Source: Lama glama (Eukaryota). Taken from it: a DNA stretch of 64,000 nucleotides. A program made the translations under genes and the position numbers. Below the pieces are notes generated by a model. It did no database searches and was not told the DNA's origin. It worked only from the letters and a program-made list of their open reading frames with translations. Of the stretch, positions 51,335 through 64,000 are shown piece by piece. Where the stretch lies: assembly GCA_028534125.1 (NCBI GenBank), contig CM052816.1, positions 13,642,001 through 13,706,000 on the forward strand, read 5' to 3'. Positions within the stretch are counted from its first letter, which is position 1. Every line of letters starts with the position of its first letter.

Positions 51335-51485
51335 GCAGAGCTTCTCAAACTTTAACGGGCACCCAATCACCGGGGATCTTGTCAAAACACTGATTCTGAT
51401 TCAGTATGCCTGGGAACGTGAGACTGCATTTCTAACAAGCTTCCAGGTAATGCCAATGCCGCTGGTCCAAGGACCATACTCTTCA
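51335..51485. mobile_element. hAT-Charlie MITE (MER5A-like)
   Basis: cagagcttctcaaacttta...atcaccggggatcttgtcaaaac..gattctgattcagta...gagactgcatttctaacaagcttccagg...ggaccatact. Confidence 0.7.
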
Positions 51486-54400
51486 AGGCAAGACTTGGAA
51501 TTCGCACCCGAGACCCTGAGAGCAAAGATGACAGTGTCTTCATCCTTCCAGGACAGCACATAGGGCATGGAGGACCTCATTTATACTGGAAGAACGGATT
51601 CCCTGAGAGGACTTAAACTACAGCAGGAAGAACAGAAGAGAACCTAAAACAGGAACCAGACGTGGGCTGCATCCTTGCTGTTGTGAACAACCTTGAGCAG
51701 GAACCTAGGGAAAGTTACCTAACATGCTAGGCCTCAGAGAACTCATCTGAAAACCAGGAGGTTGAACCACTTGATCTATAGGGTCCCTTCTAGCTCTAGA
51801 ACTCCACTCAAAGTATTTTTTTCTGTGCTTTTTTTTAAAAATCATTTTAATGGTGAGGCTATATACTAGATATTCCTCTAGCAAGGCACACCTCTGTTAT
51901 TCTCAGATAGCAGCTTCCAAAAATCCAATTGAGAGAACACAGATTCTGTTGGTCTCAGCAAATAACCATAGCAACTAATACCCCCCCCAAATAAAATGAT
52001 GTCTTCACAATGATGTGCTGGTTCAATTAGATTAAGAGGGTGACGTGTACCATCTCAAAATTTATGGTCGTAAATTTATAGTGAAAGCCAGACCTTCTTG
52101 GAAGACATTTGTAAGTAAAAGAGAGGCCTTGCCAATAAAATGAAGAATTGACAGAGAGCCAGAAAACCGTGTTAATGAGGAACTGGAGCAGGGCTGCTCT
52201 GCCTGCCCCAGGTCCACAGAGATAGGGCCCATCACCCATATTGAATCCAGAACTTGGTTAAACAGTTAAAGATCTGAGTGCCACCACTTCTACAGGGAGT
52301 TAGCAAGCAACTGTCTTCTCTCCCTATCTTCCTCATGCATCTAATCAAAATTAATACTTCAGAAATGAATATATGTATGTATTTGCACGACTGGGACATT
52401 ATACTGTACGCCAGAAATTTTATTGTAACTGATGGTACTTCAATTAAATTAATTAATTAAATTAATAATTCAGAGAGATTTAGCAAAAGAATTGTAAAGC
52501 TTTTAAATAAAAAAGAAGACAATTGCTAAACAGTAAATTAGGATGATAATGGATTTTCAGCTCATCATGGGATGCAGAGCCTTCTGCTCCAAGGTCTTTA
52601 GATAGGAGTTGGAACTGAAAAGGGAAAATGCAGCATCTCTAAGTTCTATAATGTACCATCTTTCCACACCCTCAGGCCTGCCTCTTCTGAGCTCTGTGCA
52701 ATTCATGCTTGCTCTAAGCAAATTCAGGCAATCAAAAACCTCACTTGAAAAGGAGGAAAAGGGAAGTCAAGGTCCATCACCTCCGTGTAACTCCCGGACC
52801 ATTTCTAGCAAAGGACAAAAAGGAAAAAGAAAAAAAAAAAAAACCAACAACAAATAAACCAAAACCCTGGCCCAAAGAATCAGGGCTAAACTTCCATTCA
52901 ACTGTTATTAACTCGGAAGTCCCCAACTTCAGAACCTGGAGATTCAAAACACAAAATCAGATACATCACTGGGGCTCTCACCAACAGCTACAATGATTTA
53001 AGGGTAGTCAAGGCCAGACAAGGCATGGTGAGTAAACTGAGGCCTTCCACCAGCCACAGAAGCCTAGAATAGTGGCTTTGGGAACAAAGTCGCAGGGTTC
53101 AAAATCCCACCTCTGCCACCTACATGGTCTCTGTACTGTTCCCACCTGTATGAAATGGAGAAAACAGGAAAGCTGCCTCTGGGGATTTCTGTGAGGAAGG
53201 AGACGATGCTCGGAAGTGCTGAGCCCCAGGCCTGGATCATCAACCAGGCGGTAAATGGGAGGTATTCGTAGTATAGAGTTTTCTTCCATAACGTAATAAA
53301 TAAAATGTCAGGCTGATTTATTTTCTGTGTAAAGATGAGAGGAGAGCCAGGCCACTCAGCTTCCCTATCCCACCGTTACGCCCACCACCTGGCTGACCTC
53401 CCACCATTATTATGATCTACACAGAATCAACCTAATCCCTGGGCACAGCTCAGGCTCTCCTCCCACTAAAACCACAGGAGGAAAGGCGGCTGCACCTCAG
53501 GACCAGGAACGTTCAGTTGAAAAAAGGAAAATCTGCCTGTCTCTCCTGGATTAAATCAACGCCTCCTGAAGGAGGGGAAAAGAAAGTACCTCGCAATTCT
53601 AACACAGCCACAGCTAATGACGTTCTTAGAAACTAGTTTCACTTTCTTTTATCCCCCGGTTAATGAGCCGCTTCCCTGCTGCAACTCAGGGAAGGCTGTG
53701 CCCCCAGGAGGAGCTGGGAGGTCCAGGGGGGCACCACTCAGCCTTCTTGCAGGTTCCGCACTGTACTGTCTCGTCCCCAGCTCCGGCCCCTAGTCCAGAT
53801 AAGAGCTCAGGCTTCATCCAGCCCTCAGAGCACTCCCTCAGTCCACACCATGACAGAATCTGAGGGGCCAAAGATGAGTGCTTGTCCAAATACAGTGAAG
53901 TAGCCCCTGTGATAGCCTCTCCTAGGTGGCCCGCACCGGCCACTGAATCAGATTTGTGCCTGCTGAAGTCTGAAGTCTGCTGTCACCTAAGCCCTCACAA
54001 CATGGAGTGCCAGTCCCAATAATGGAACTTTCCAGATTCCTAAGGCAGAACTCCGAGGAGCAAGCCAGAACTTCCGACTCCTGACAGAAGGTTTACAAAT
54101 GTTCCCAAATCAAGCGATTAATGCTCAGAGGGAAAAAAAATCTAAGTGACGATAGAGGTAGGAGCGGGGGAACACCACAATTCAATTTAAAACTCCCAAA
54201 TCCCAAACCCTAAGCCCCCTCCCCAAACTTTCTCAATCACGTCTCCTACCATGAAGTCTACTCAACCAAGTAGGAAGGCTGCCCTGTTTATGGACCTGAT
54301 GTGTACAGACCCCACTCGGTGCCAGGAGCTGATGTAAGGCCCGACTGCCTAGAAATCCACCCGGAAACCAGGCTTCCCAAACAAGTGGCTGCTGCCTTCA

Positions 54401-54569
54401 GCACCTGGGGAGCCAAGCACTCTCTGGCCAGGCCTAGGCTGGGGCTGCCAGTACAGGTTCTGCCCAGTTGATCTTCTCTGAGTCTCCAAATAGAAAACCT
54501 GACACAGATCCCACGTATCCAGGAGACAGGCCCACAGGGCCCCTGAGAGGGGAGCACCTGAGCGGCTTC

Positions 54570-54730
54570 CAGGTGTGCAACCTCGTGCAGGGACCCACAC
54601 TCACAAGGGCCTGCTTGGCTTAATGCCTTCCTGTCACCATCTTGAAATTCTTTCATTCGTATCTTTGAACTTGAGTTCTGTACATGAAATCTGGTGTGAC
54701 GGTGGAGCACGCATGGTGGAGCTGAGGAGG
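54570..54730. mobile_element. hAT-Tip100-like fragment (MER91-like)
   Basis: cagggacccacactcacaagggcc...gcttaatgc...tcaccatcttgaaattctt...atctttgaac resembles MER91 as recalled. Confidence 0.5.
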
Positions 54731-55601
54731 GACCTACAACATGGGTGCCGTGTGTGTCTGCAGGGTTCCTTTTGGCCCCGTGTGCGTATGGTTTGTGACA
54801 CCCCATGAGCACAGGACTCTGGTGGACCCACCATGTGTGGGAGTTGAGGCAGCCGAACAGCAAGTACAAGGTAAGTGTGTGACATCTTGAACTAAGTCAG
54901 GAACACTGACAGCCCTGAAAGGCCATGCTTTCCTTTCAAACCAGAACTTGCCAAATGCAAAAAGAAGGCAAGAGCATCCTAGGGAACATGAATGACTGAG
55001 GAACCTGTCACAGCCTGACTTACTCATGGTATTTCCCTGGGTAAGTAAACCACGTACACTGAGCATGACGACATGGGGCTGGCAGAGATGGAGCAACCCA
55101 CAGTCCCATCTCCTTTCCGTCCCTCCTTACTCGGCAGTAAGCCAAGGGGAGAGAGTGCTGGTAGAATGTGCGAAAATCAGGAAGTGAAATAAAAACAATT
55201 TGATGAGGGCACTTTTCACAGAAAAAGAACAAACAGTACTAAAATCTGTATGGAGACACAACAGACCCCGAATAGCCAAAGCAATCCTGAGGAAGAGGAA
55301 CAAAGCTGGAGGCATACTGCTCCCTGATTGCAAACTGCATTCCCCAGCTATAGTCATCAAAACAGTGTGGTACTGACATAAAAAGAGACACACAAATCAC
55401 TGGAGCAGAAGAGAGGGCCTAGAAATAAACTCACAAAGTATGGTCAGTTAATCTACAAAAGATGAGCTTAGAATATACAGTGGGGAAAGGACAACTTCTT
55501 CAGTAAAAGGTGTTGGGAAAACTGGACAGTCACATGCAAAAGAATGAAATTGGACCACTGTCCTACACCATGCACAGAAATTAACTCAAAATGGATTGAA
55601 G

Positions 55602-55766
55602 CGGGGAGGGTACAGCTCAGTGGTAGAGTGCATGCTTAGCATGCACAAGGTCCTGGGTTCAGTCCCCAGTACTTCCATTAAACAATAAATTTAAAAAAAT
55701 AAATAAACCTAATTACCTCCCTAAAAAATAAGTAAAACAATAAAACATATCAAAAAATAAATTTAA
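55602..55766 (+). mobile_element. Second vic-1-type SINE, inserted in an L1
   Basis: Same head and the same aaataaacctaattacct tail as the 16067 copy. L1 sequence atggattga is duplicated at 55591-55599 and 55771-55779. Confidence 0.88.
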
Positions 55767-56444
55767 AAACATGGATTGAGGACCTGAATATAAGACCTGA
55801 AACCATAAACTTCTCGAAGAAAACATAAATGGTAAACTCCTTGACATCACTCTTGGCAATGATTTTGTTTGAATTTGACACCAAAAGCACAGGCAACAAA
55901 AGTAAAATTAAACAAGCGGGGACTACATCAAATTAAAAAAGCTTCTGCCCAGCAGAGGAAGCCATCAACAAACTGAATCAGCAACCTACTGAGCGGGGGA
56001 AAACATCTGCAAACTACACATCTGACAAGGAGCTAATATCCAAAATACATAAAGAACGCATACAACTCAACAGCCAAAACCCAAACAATCTGATTTAAAA
56101 ATGGGCAAAGGATCTGAATAGACAATTTTCCAAAGAAAACATACAGATGGCCAACAGGTACATGAAAAGAAGCTCAATGTCACTCATCACCAGGGAAATG
56201 CAAATCAAAACCACAATAAGATATCATCTCACACCTGTTAAAATGGCTATTATCGAAAAGACAGGAAACGACAAGTGTTGGCAAGGATGAGGAGAAAAGG
56301 GAACCCTTGTGCACTGTTGGTATGTAAATTGGTGTAGCCACTATGGAAACAGTATGAAGGTTCCTCAAAAAGTTAAAAACAGAACTACCGTATGATCCAG
56401 CAATTCCCCTTCTGGATATGTATCGGAAGGAAACAGAAACGCTA

Positions 56445-56907
56445 CAGATAGTCTCTGACCTACAACGTTCAATTTAACAGTGGTGTAAAAGCAAAACACT
56501 TTCAGTGGAAACTGTACTTCAAATTTTGAAACGTGATCTCGTTTCAGGCTAGCGGTATGCAATATGATACTCTCTCGTGAGGCTGGGCGGTGGCTGAGAA
56601 CCTTAGCTCCCAGTCAGCCACACAAACACAAGAGCAAACAACCGATACGCTAACCATTCTGTTTTTCACTTTCAGTACAGTATTCAATAAATTACATGAG
56701 ATATTCAACAATTATAAAATAGGCTTCGTGTCAGATGATTTTGCCCAACTGTAGGCTCATGTAAGTGTTCTGAGCATGTTTAAAGCAGACCTAGGCTAAG
56801 CTATGATAATTGGTAGATGAGACGTCTTATATGCATTTTTTATTTACATTTTCAACTTATGATGGGCTTCTCAGGACATAACCCCATCATAATTGAAGGA
56901 AGATCTG
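56445..56907 (-). mobile_element. Tc1/mariner-Tigger non-autonomous DNA transposon (Tigger5/MER47-like)
   Basis: Ends CAGAT.../...ATCTG, flanked by TA on both sides (56443-56444, 56908-56909). The interior resembles the reverse complement of MER47/Tigger5 as recalled. The L1 resumes in register on both sides. Confidence 0.8.
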
Positions 56908-57999
56908 TATTTCAAAAAGATACATGAATCTGCATGTTCAATACAGCATAATTTCCAATAGCCTAGACAACCTAAGTGTCCATTAATGGAAAACAGATAA
57001 AGAAACTGTGTGTATGTGACGAGAGGTGGGGGTGTGTCTGTATATATATACATTATGGAGTATTATTCAGCCATAAAAAAAGAATGAAGTCTTGCTATTT
57101 GTGGCAACATGAATGGACCTTGAGCACATCATGCTCTGTGAAATAGGTCAGAGAAAGACAAATAATGTATGATCTCACTTATATGTGGAATCTTAAAAAA
57201 TAATAATAATAAACTAGATCAAAGATACAGAGAATAGATTGGTGGTTGCCAGAGGGAGGGGGTGCCAGATAGGCAAAATGAGTGAAGGTGGTACAGATTT
57301 CCCAGTATAAAATAACGTCATGGGGGTGTAATGTACAGCATGGTTACTATAGTTAAAAATAATGCATTGCATACTTAAAAGTTTTGAGAGAGTAGATCTT
57401 AAAATGTTCTTAGCACAAGGGAAAAGAAAATTTCTATTTATGGTCACGGGTGTTAACTAGATTTATTGTCATGATCATTTGGCAAAAAATCCAAATATTG
57501 AATCATTACATTGTACAACTGAAACTAATATAATGTCATATGTCAATTATATCTCAATAAAAAAAAAACCATTGAGTTATTTTGTGCAGTGTTTTCACCA
57601 TTCTGGTCAGAACAAAATTAATACACATATGAGCTACATAATACAAATTGTGTAATTTCAATGATTCTATATGCAGGTCAGCTGATCTCGTATTAACATT
57701 TAAAACTGGCACTGAACAATATAAAGATGAACACTAAAATTTATACTAATAGTTTAAATTTTCGATTGTTCTTTTTTTAAACAGCATTAAATAGCGAATA
57801 AAAGAACACTACAAGAGAGACTATAAAAAAATTAGGCTTTGTATTTTAATACCTTGAAGAGCACTTCTCTGGGCTTTATGAACAAGAGGCCCCAGAGACG
57901 AGCAGCCAGCCCTGGGCACAGGCACACCTGGGCCTGCTTTTCCACCTGCATCAACTCTCTTCCTTTCCTCCAACTGGTACCTTGAGGAAGAGCCCCCCC

Positions 58000-58690
58000 C
58001 CCATCCCCGCAGCATCGCTGAATGCAGGTCAGCACTGTCCCCCACCTGCACTCCTTAACTGGCCTCCCCACCCCCCTCCCAGCTCCCCTCCAGACCATTT
58101 GTCACTCAGCTGCCCAGGATGACCTTTTCAAAAGGCAGACCTGATCTTGTCACCGCCCCTTCCACACACTCCCCAGTTATAAGTCTTCTTTTCATCTCAA
58201 AATAACTACAAATCAGACCACAAAGTGGATGGGTAAAACTTGCCTCAACAGCACACCCCACCAGCCTCGCCCTCCCTCGGCCCTCCGGCCCCATTGGCCA
58301 GCTCAGATCGTGTTATGTGCTGGGACCCCTCAGGCCCCGAAGCCTGGTGTGGTCTCTGCCCAGAGCACTCTGCCAACCCTCTCCACCTTGGTGCTGCCAC
58401 CTTTCAGACTCCACGTGAAGGGTCACTTCCTCAGGGAAGTGGCCCCCTCTCATCCCCCACCCACTCCCACTGGTGAGCTCTCCCGCTTCCCCAGAACTTT
58501 CCTTCCCATCTCTTTACACGATAGGTAATTTCCTTTGATTTTGGTGGCTGTATAATGTGTACCACTGGGTGACATTAAAAATGTCAGGCAGGCAGTAAAC
58601 AGTGTCAGTTTTGTTCATAAAAGGACAGTTACCACAATTCAAGTCCATAGGAGGCTCCCAAGAACATTTTAAAATAAGTAAATGAATACA
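58000..58690 (+). mobile_element. LINE-2 3' remnant
   Basis: ctccttaactggcctccc, gaccttttcaaaaggcagacctgatcttgtcac and gtcacttcctcagggaag, ending near aagtaaatgaat. Confidence 0.55.
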
Positions 58691-59859
58691 AGAATAAGCA
58701 CATGACTCTTTTTTTAAGAGTCAAGTCAGGAGAGTGCCAAACCCTGCAACTCTCTTTTTACAGAAAGGCAAAGCTGGGTCACTGAAACGAAGACCAGCCA
58801 CCCCATCATTCACTCCATTACACTCACAAAATCAAACAGTTGGAACCCCATTTCCTAGGCTTAGCCTTGAAGCCACAAAACACACATTCCCCACTCACGT
58901 TCTGCCTCATCTAACAGCACGCCTACAACGTTTTCAAGGTACCATTAGTTCTATTTTTAAATCACTCTGCATAAAGATAAATGACAGGTGAAGAATTTGC
59001 ATTTGTGTATCTAGACAGCATATCTAGGTCAGAATTTTAAATACATAATCTGGTGACAAATTGTGTCAATCAGCATCATGTCAATGCAGAACCCATCCTT
59101 CCCAATACACCGGGTATCCCTTGAGGGAAAGCACACACAGAGGAACACACCTTGGGGGGGCAGTGTTTCTTGATTTGGCTTTGGAAGGTCACCTGAACCA
59201 GAATGCCCCAGACTTTCTGAATCACAAGTTTTGGGAACCAAATGTGGAAATCAAATTTCCAGGTTGGAACTCAAATCTGGAAACCACAGTTTAAGAACCC
59301 CTGTTCTAGGAAGACACTCTTGAGTCATTTGCTTCAGTATCAGGGGACTGGAAGAAATTACTGACGCTGAACCTGAGAAAGCACGGACCCAAGAAAGAAA
59401 ATGAAAGCGGCGTCCTGTCCTAAACCCGGAAAGTCCCTGGCACTAGCCTCCAAGGAAGAAGCAGGAAGCTGTTCCCAGAGAAGACAAGGAGACTGGAAAA
59501 ACCCAAGGCCATTGTCGGGTAGGGTCGTTAATTATTCTGGCCATTTTATTCTCGTGGACACTTCCTCTTCTCTCAAGGTGCTCCAGGGGCAGCCAGTAAG
59601 GAACCCTGACGGCTGTGCCCTCGCTGCGGGAAGGACAGGGGGAACGTGAGCCAGGGACTGCACGAGTCTCACTGCTTCTTTTAGGCTGAGAAGGGTCCCG
59701 TACCCAGGAGCCCTCATCAGAGACTGGAATTCTAGCCACTGCTGGCTCGTGCTCCCCACCACCGAGTCTGCTGCCTCCTGTCAAGCCAGAAGCCTGGAGG
59801 AAGGAGAAGACCATTAGAACGCCTCCCCGCACACCTCCACCAACTTCAGTATCCCCCTC

Positions 59860-60324
59860 TGTAGTGAGCTGAATAAAGTCCCCCGAGTTCATGTCCACCA
59901 GGAACCTCAGAGCGTGACCTGGCTTGGAAATGGGGTCTTTGCAGAAGCTTAGATAAGGTCATACTGGATTAGAACAGGGCTTAAACCCAAGGACTGGTGT
60001 CCTCATAAGCAAAGGAAAGGACAGACACACACACATATGCACGCACACGCGCACACACACACACACACACTCACACCGGGAAGGAGGAGCTAAGATTGGA
60101 GTGATGCAGCTAGAAGCCAAGGAGCCCCAAGGTTGGCCAGGAGCCACGGACGCTAGGAAGAGGCAAGGAAAGATCCTTCCTTGGAGCCTTCAGAGGGAGC
60201 GGAGCCCTGTCGACACCCTGCTTTCAGATTTCTAGCCTCCAGAATCCTGAGAGAATAAATTTCTGTTGTTTAAGGCCACCCGCTTTGTGGTGATTTGTCA
60301 CAGCAGCCACCGCAACCGAATACT
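59860..60324 (+). mobile_element. ERVL-MaLR solo LTR (MLT1C-like) with an internal (CA)n tract
   Basis: Contains ggagtgatgcagctagaagccaagga, gagccttcagagggagc and ttctagcctccagaa...gagagaataaatttctgttgtttaag. CA-rich run at about 60025-60075. Confidence 0.82.
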
Positions 60325-63300
60325 CCTCCTTTCTTAGGAAACCTAAACCTTTAAGTCACATCGTGACCAAAAATCTAGGGGTTCTGTCACAGCAAAGACA
60401 GGGATGCTTTCTCCTCAGATCCCGGCTTCCCACCCAGATCAGCGCCCCCCCAGGCCCTCTTCCACCCCGCCCGACATTACCGGCACTAGACTCCTTCCCG
60501 GGACACCTTCGCACACTCCGCCTCACCACCCGGCACGGGCCCAGGCTGACCCCACGTGGCACCTGGATTCCTCCCTCCAGCACCTTCCACACTGGCTCAG
60601 TGCGGGCAGTTCTCAGAGGCCCGACACTCAATCACAGCCCGCTGTCCACCACGGCTTGCTGCAGGGGAGCGGCCCAGAAGTATCAGCGAGCGCCTGAGCA
60701 AACACTCGAAGAGCAAACCCATCAGCACACTCAGACATCCCTCGCTCTCCCTTACTTGGCCCAGAAACCGGGTCCCTGTTAGTAATTCCGTCTTCTTTCT
60801 GTGTGACTTCTCACAGCAAGGATCATACTCCTGTTACAGCATGTCCCACGCTATAGAGATCACTCATTTATTCTGCTATTCATTCAAAAAACTATGTATT
60901 GAGCACTTAGGCGCCTGATACACTAGTCTAGAGAGACAAAGGAAAGCAAAAAGCAGACACAGCCTGTGTCTTCCTACCATTTCAAGTGGTGGTGATGGGG
61001 TGTCAGTAAGTCATTAGTAACCTCATATCAAAGCTAAGAAATAACAAAACAATCTTGTTCATGAGCCGAGACTGTCTCCTCTGCTAAACTATTTCCCACG
61101 CTGGGTTCCTAGGGCCTAGAACAGTGCCTGGAACATAAGAGGCAATCAACAATTCTCGATGGCTGGAGGATGAATAGGTTGAGAACGGGTAGGTGGATGC
61201 AAGGAGGGGCGGAGAGTTGCCTGGTACATGACAGGCAGTCAGGAACCAGATAGGTAGACACATGGATGGATGGACAGAAAAGCGCGTGGGTACAGCCTCA
61301 TACATACCAGTCAATAATAATGGGCAGATGGAAAGGTGGACGACATCTAGGGAGCAAAGCTCCTGGCATGAAACCTGCACAAAATACAACAGAAGAGTGC
61401 AAAAACCTCCAGAGCCTTCTTTAAGTGGGACCTCTGGGACCACCTCATTTCCTCCCAAACCAACCAGCTGCCTCCTAGCATCTGAAGGAAATAATAATTC
61501 CAAGTGAACCTGGTAGCCACCTCTTCTGTAAACATTTGGTAGAAAATCAGCTTCACCAGCACAAATATGCTCTCTTGCTTCCCACCCCTCCCCTTTCTGT
61601 CTGTAACGGGGGTTTCAAAAGCCTGTTTTGCTCATTCTTCCCCACCATGGTGAGTATTTACTGCTCTAAAATGTTGACTCTTGCCAAAATGCACACCACA
61701 AACCGTTTACGTAGTTATGTCATTTTTAATTATTATTTTTATAATTCTTACTTTAAGCGCCTCGGAGAGACTGCTCAGAGAATCAGAGCTGACTCCGAAA
61801 AATTCATTGTCACTTATGGTGGGGAAGTGGGGGAGGATACACCACAAGCTGGAGAGAAAAAAGGGGATCTGGGGGTCCTTCTGAAAGCACACCCAGTTAA
61901 AGCCCCCTTCCATGGCAACCTGTAGTAGGAAAACAGTTTGCAATAAAAACAAACAAACTAACAGAGCCCTAACATAAATGTTTACCCTCGCACAGAACAG
62001 CTGGGTCTCAAAACGACAGAAGAGGTCCCTGTGCGCCTCATATTTGGGTCTGGCTTCTGTCAGGTTAGATTCCCTGCCTTCCCAGGCTCTCCTTGGTCTC
62101 ACGTCAGTAATGAAGTTAAAGTCATCCAGACCTTAGGAGGCCTTCTGTCCCTTTGATTTCCCTCCGCTGAAGATAAGAATAACTTTGAGTCTCTGTGAAC
62201 AGCTCACTTTCCTTTGCTCCCCATTCAGGCCCAACAGCACCATATATCTACTCTGGCAATAGTTCATTCATTCACCCTTTACCTCTCCACTGAGCGCCTC
62301 CTATGTGCTGGGGACTGATGGCCACAATGAAAATAGCACGCTGTTCACAGTTCTGTGCTCCCCAATCTGCAGCCTAGTGTGGACAGACACTCAACAAAGA
62401 CACAAGCACACACTACAATCCTCTAAACTTCAGTGGAAAGAATGCTGAAAATGCAGATGGCAGCAGGAAAGGAATGACATGAAGAGGACAGAAGCAGACC
62501 CTCTCTCCCCATGAGGCAGTGAACCACATGCAAGGCAGAGCAGGAAGCGGCTTGTCAGTCAGGAAGAAATAAAAGACTTCTGAGACAGGCATTAAGAATT
62601 CTCATAATACAGTCGTGATGGCTTCACAGGTGTATCCAGATGCCAGAATTTACCAAATTGCACAATCTAACATGTGAGGTTTTCCGTATGCTAATTAAGT
62701 CACGTAAAAAAGAAAAGAATTTCCCCCTCCTAACTCCATCGAGCTCTGGAAGGAGGTCAACCAGCAAATCCAAACTATTGCTAGAGTACAATTCCTTTTC
62801 TAGCTTTCTAGCCAAAGTGAACCATAAGATGGTTCCAAGGTCAGGGAGGGGGCATCTGCCTATGCAGAATGGACTTTAGAAGTATACATGAGTCAGGCAG
62901 ATCTCCTGGCTTCTCTGGACCTCAGGATGATGGAGATCAGGAGAGGAGCCAAGGCTGCTGGAGAGACGTCTGGGAATCATGTCCAGTGGTGACGGCTGAA
63001 GCCAGGAACTTGAGAGATGAGCAACAGAAAGAGCCTGGCCCTCTGGTCTGGGAAGCAAAGGCGGTCAGGAACCCCAGGAGACCCATGGGACAAAGACAGT
63101 GAGCTAGGAAGGGATGCTCAGAAGGAATAATGGAAGCCTGGAGAGCACATGTCAATGAAAGCAAAGGAGAGCCTGGAGAAATAAGAACGCTACGAGTCAT
63201 CGCTGGCTTCATCACCTGGGGGGTCCCGCGGACCTTTGTGACTACAGGCCCAAAGAGAACTGTGGGCAGAAGCTGGATTTCAGGGCTTTGGGTGGTGAAG

Positions 63301-64000
63301 GAGTAGAGGCAGTAAACACAGAATACTCTCAAGCAGTCTAGCTATGAAAGCAGCAGCAGCAGCACAGAATGGCACATAATCAGGAAAAGTACAAAGGGAA
63401 GTTCTATTGGGATTGCCCACCCCCCATATTTTAAAGATAGTAAAGACTTCAGCATGTTTGCTGACAAAGAGGAAAACATGCCACTGGGAAAGGAGGAGAG
63501 TCTGATGATGCCCCAGGGGAACCGGGGTGCTCTGGGCACTAAAGTAACAGAGCGAGCATCCAGAGAGGCTGGACTACTACTGCAACCAAGAGGGCGAGGT
63601 TTAAGAGCACCAGCAGGTTTTCCCTGGAGAGGAGGGTGGCTGTTCTCGCCACTGATTGACTGTGTCACTGATTAACCATGTCTTCAACCACAGAGCATGT
63701 GATATTCAGAACCATGTGGCGGGGAATACTTGAAAATGAACACCTTCCAGAGCACCGCTCACCTTTCTGGAAGACAAGCCGACACAAATGTGAGTGGGGA
63801 GGGGAGAGACAAAAGGTGCGGCTGCACCTACTCTGAAGCCGTGTGGTTTTTTTGGTTGTTGCTGTTGTTGTTCTGTACGGGAACCAGACTTGCTGAAGGG
63901 TGAGGAAACTAGAGAGAGGAGAGAGCCCACACCTACCTCACCATGAAAACCTGCTTGAATTGCCTCAGCAAAGATGAAAGCTCCTGCCTTCTTAAAGGTT

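Larger units (their letters stand above)
55210..57568 (+). mobile_element. 5'-truncated LINE-1 (ORF2 3' part plus 3' UTR), interrupted by a SINE and a Tigger element
   Basis: Typical L1 ORF2 sequence (aatagccaaagcaatcctga, gaaatgcaaatcaaaaccacaa, gatccagcaattcc) and a 3' UTR ending in aataaaaaaaaaa. Confidence 0.92.

Noticed and set aside
54288..54869. Longest non-exonic ORF (193 aa), and the many other 60-150 aa ORFs in the track
   Set aside because: No recognisable domains, frequent overlap with repeats (here a MER91-like fragment), non-ATG starts, and lengths expected by chance in GC-richer intron sequence.
35441..64000. Orthologues of intronic or antisense lncRNAs annotated at the human ARHGAP26 locus
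   Set aside because: Cannot be supported from sequence alone; needs alignment and expression data.

Overview
Mammalian genomic DNA, very probably a camelid, because the only young SINEs are two copies of the tRNA-Ala-derived vic-1 type. The whole window lies inside ARHGAP26 (GRAF1), transcribed on the minus strand. Eight consecutive coding exons (exons 2-9 by human numbering, 779 nt in total) lie at 35440-5947, all with GT-AG boundaries and compatible phases. They encode most of the BAR domain and the first half of the PH domain. Exon 1 lies beyond 64000 and exon 10 before position 1. The introns are full of transposon fossils (L1, L2, MIR, MaLR LTRs, Tigger and hAT elements), several of them nested. 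The largest is a 6.6-kb decayed class I provirus (43341-49959) with two LTRs, a tRNA-Ile primer-binding site, gag-pro-pol remnants, no env, and a ~55-bp tandem array in its leader. Non-coding items worth a second look are a 58-nt near-perfect hairpin in intron 3, three co-oriented CTCF motifs, an RFX X-box in a CpG-richer part of intron 4, and a candidate intronic poly(A) site just after exon 5. I find no supportable evidence of a wholly new biological system. Repeat subfamily names and the human protein comparison come from memory and need RepeatMasker or BLAST confirmation.
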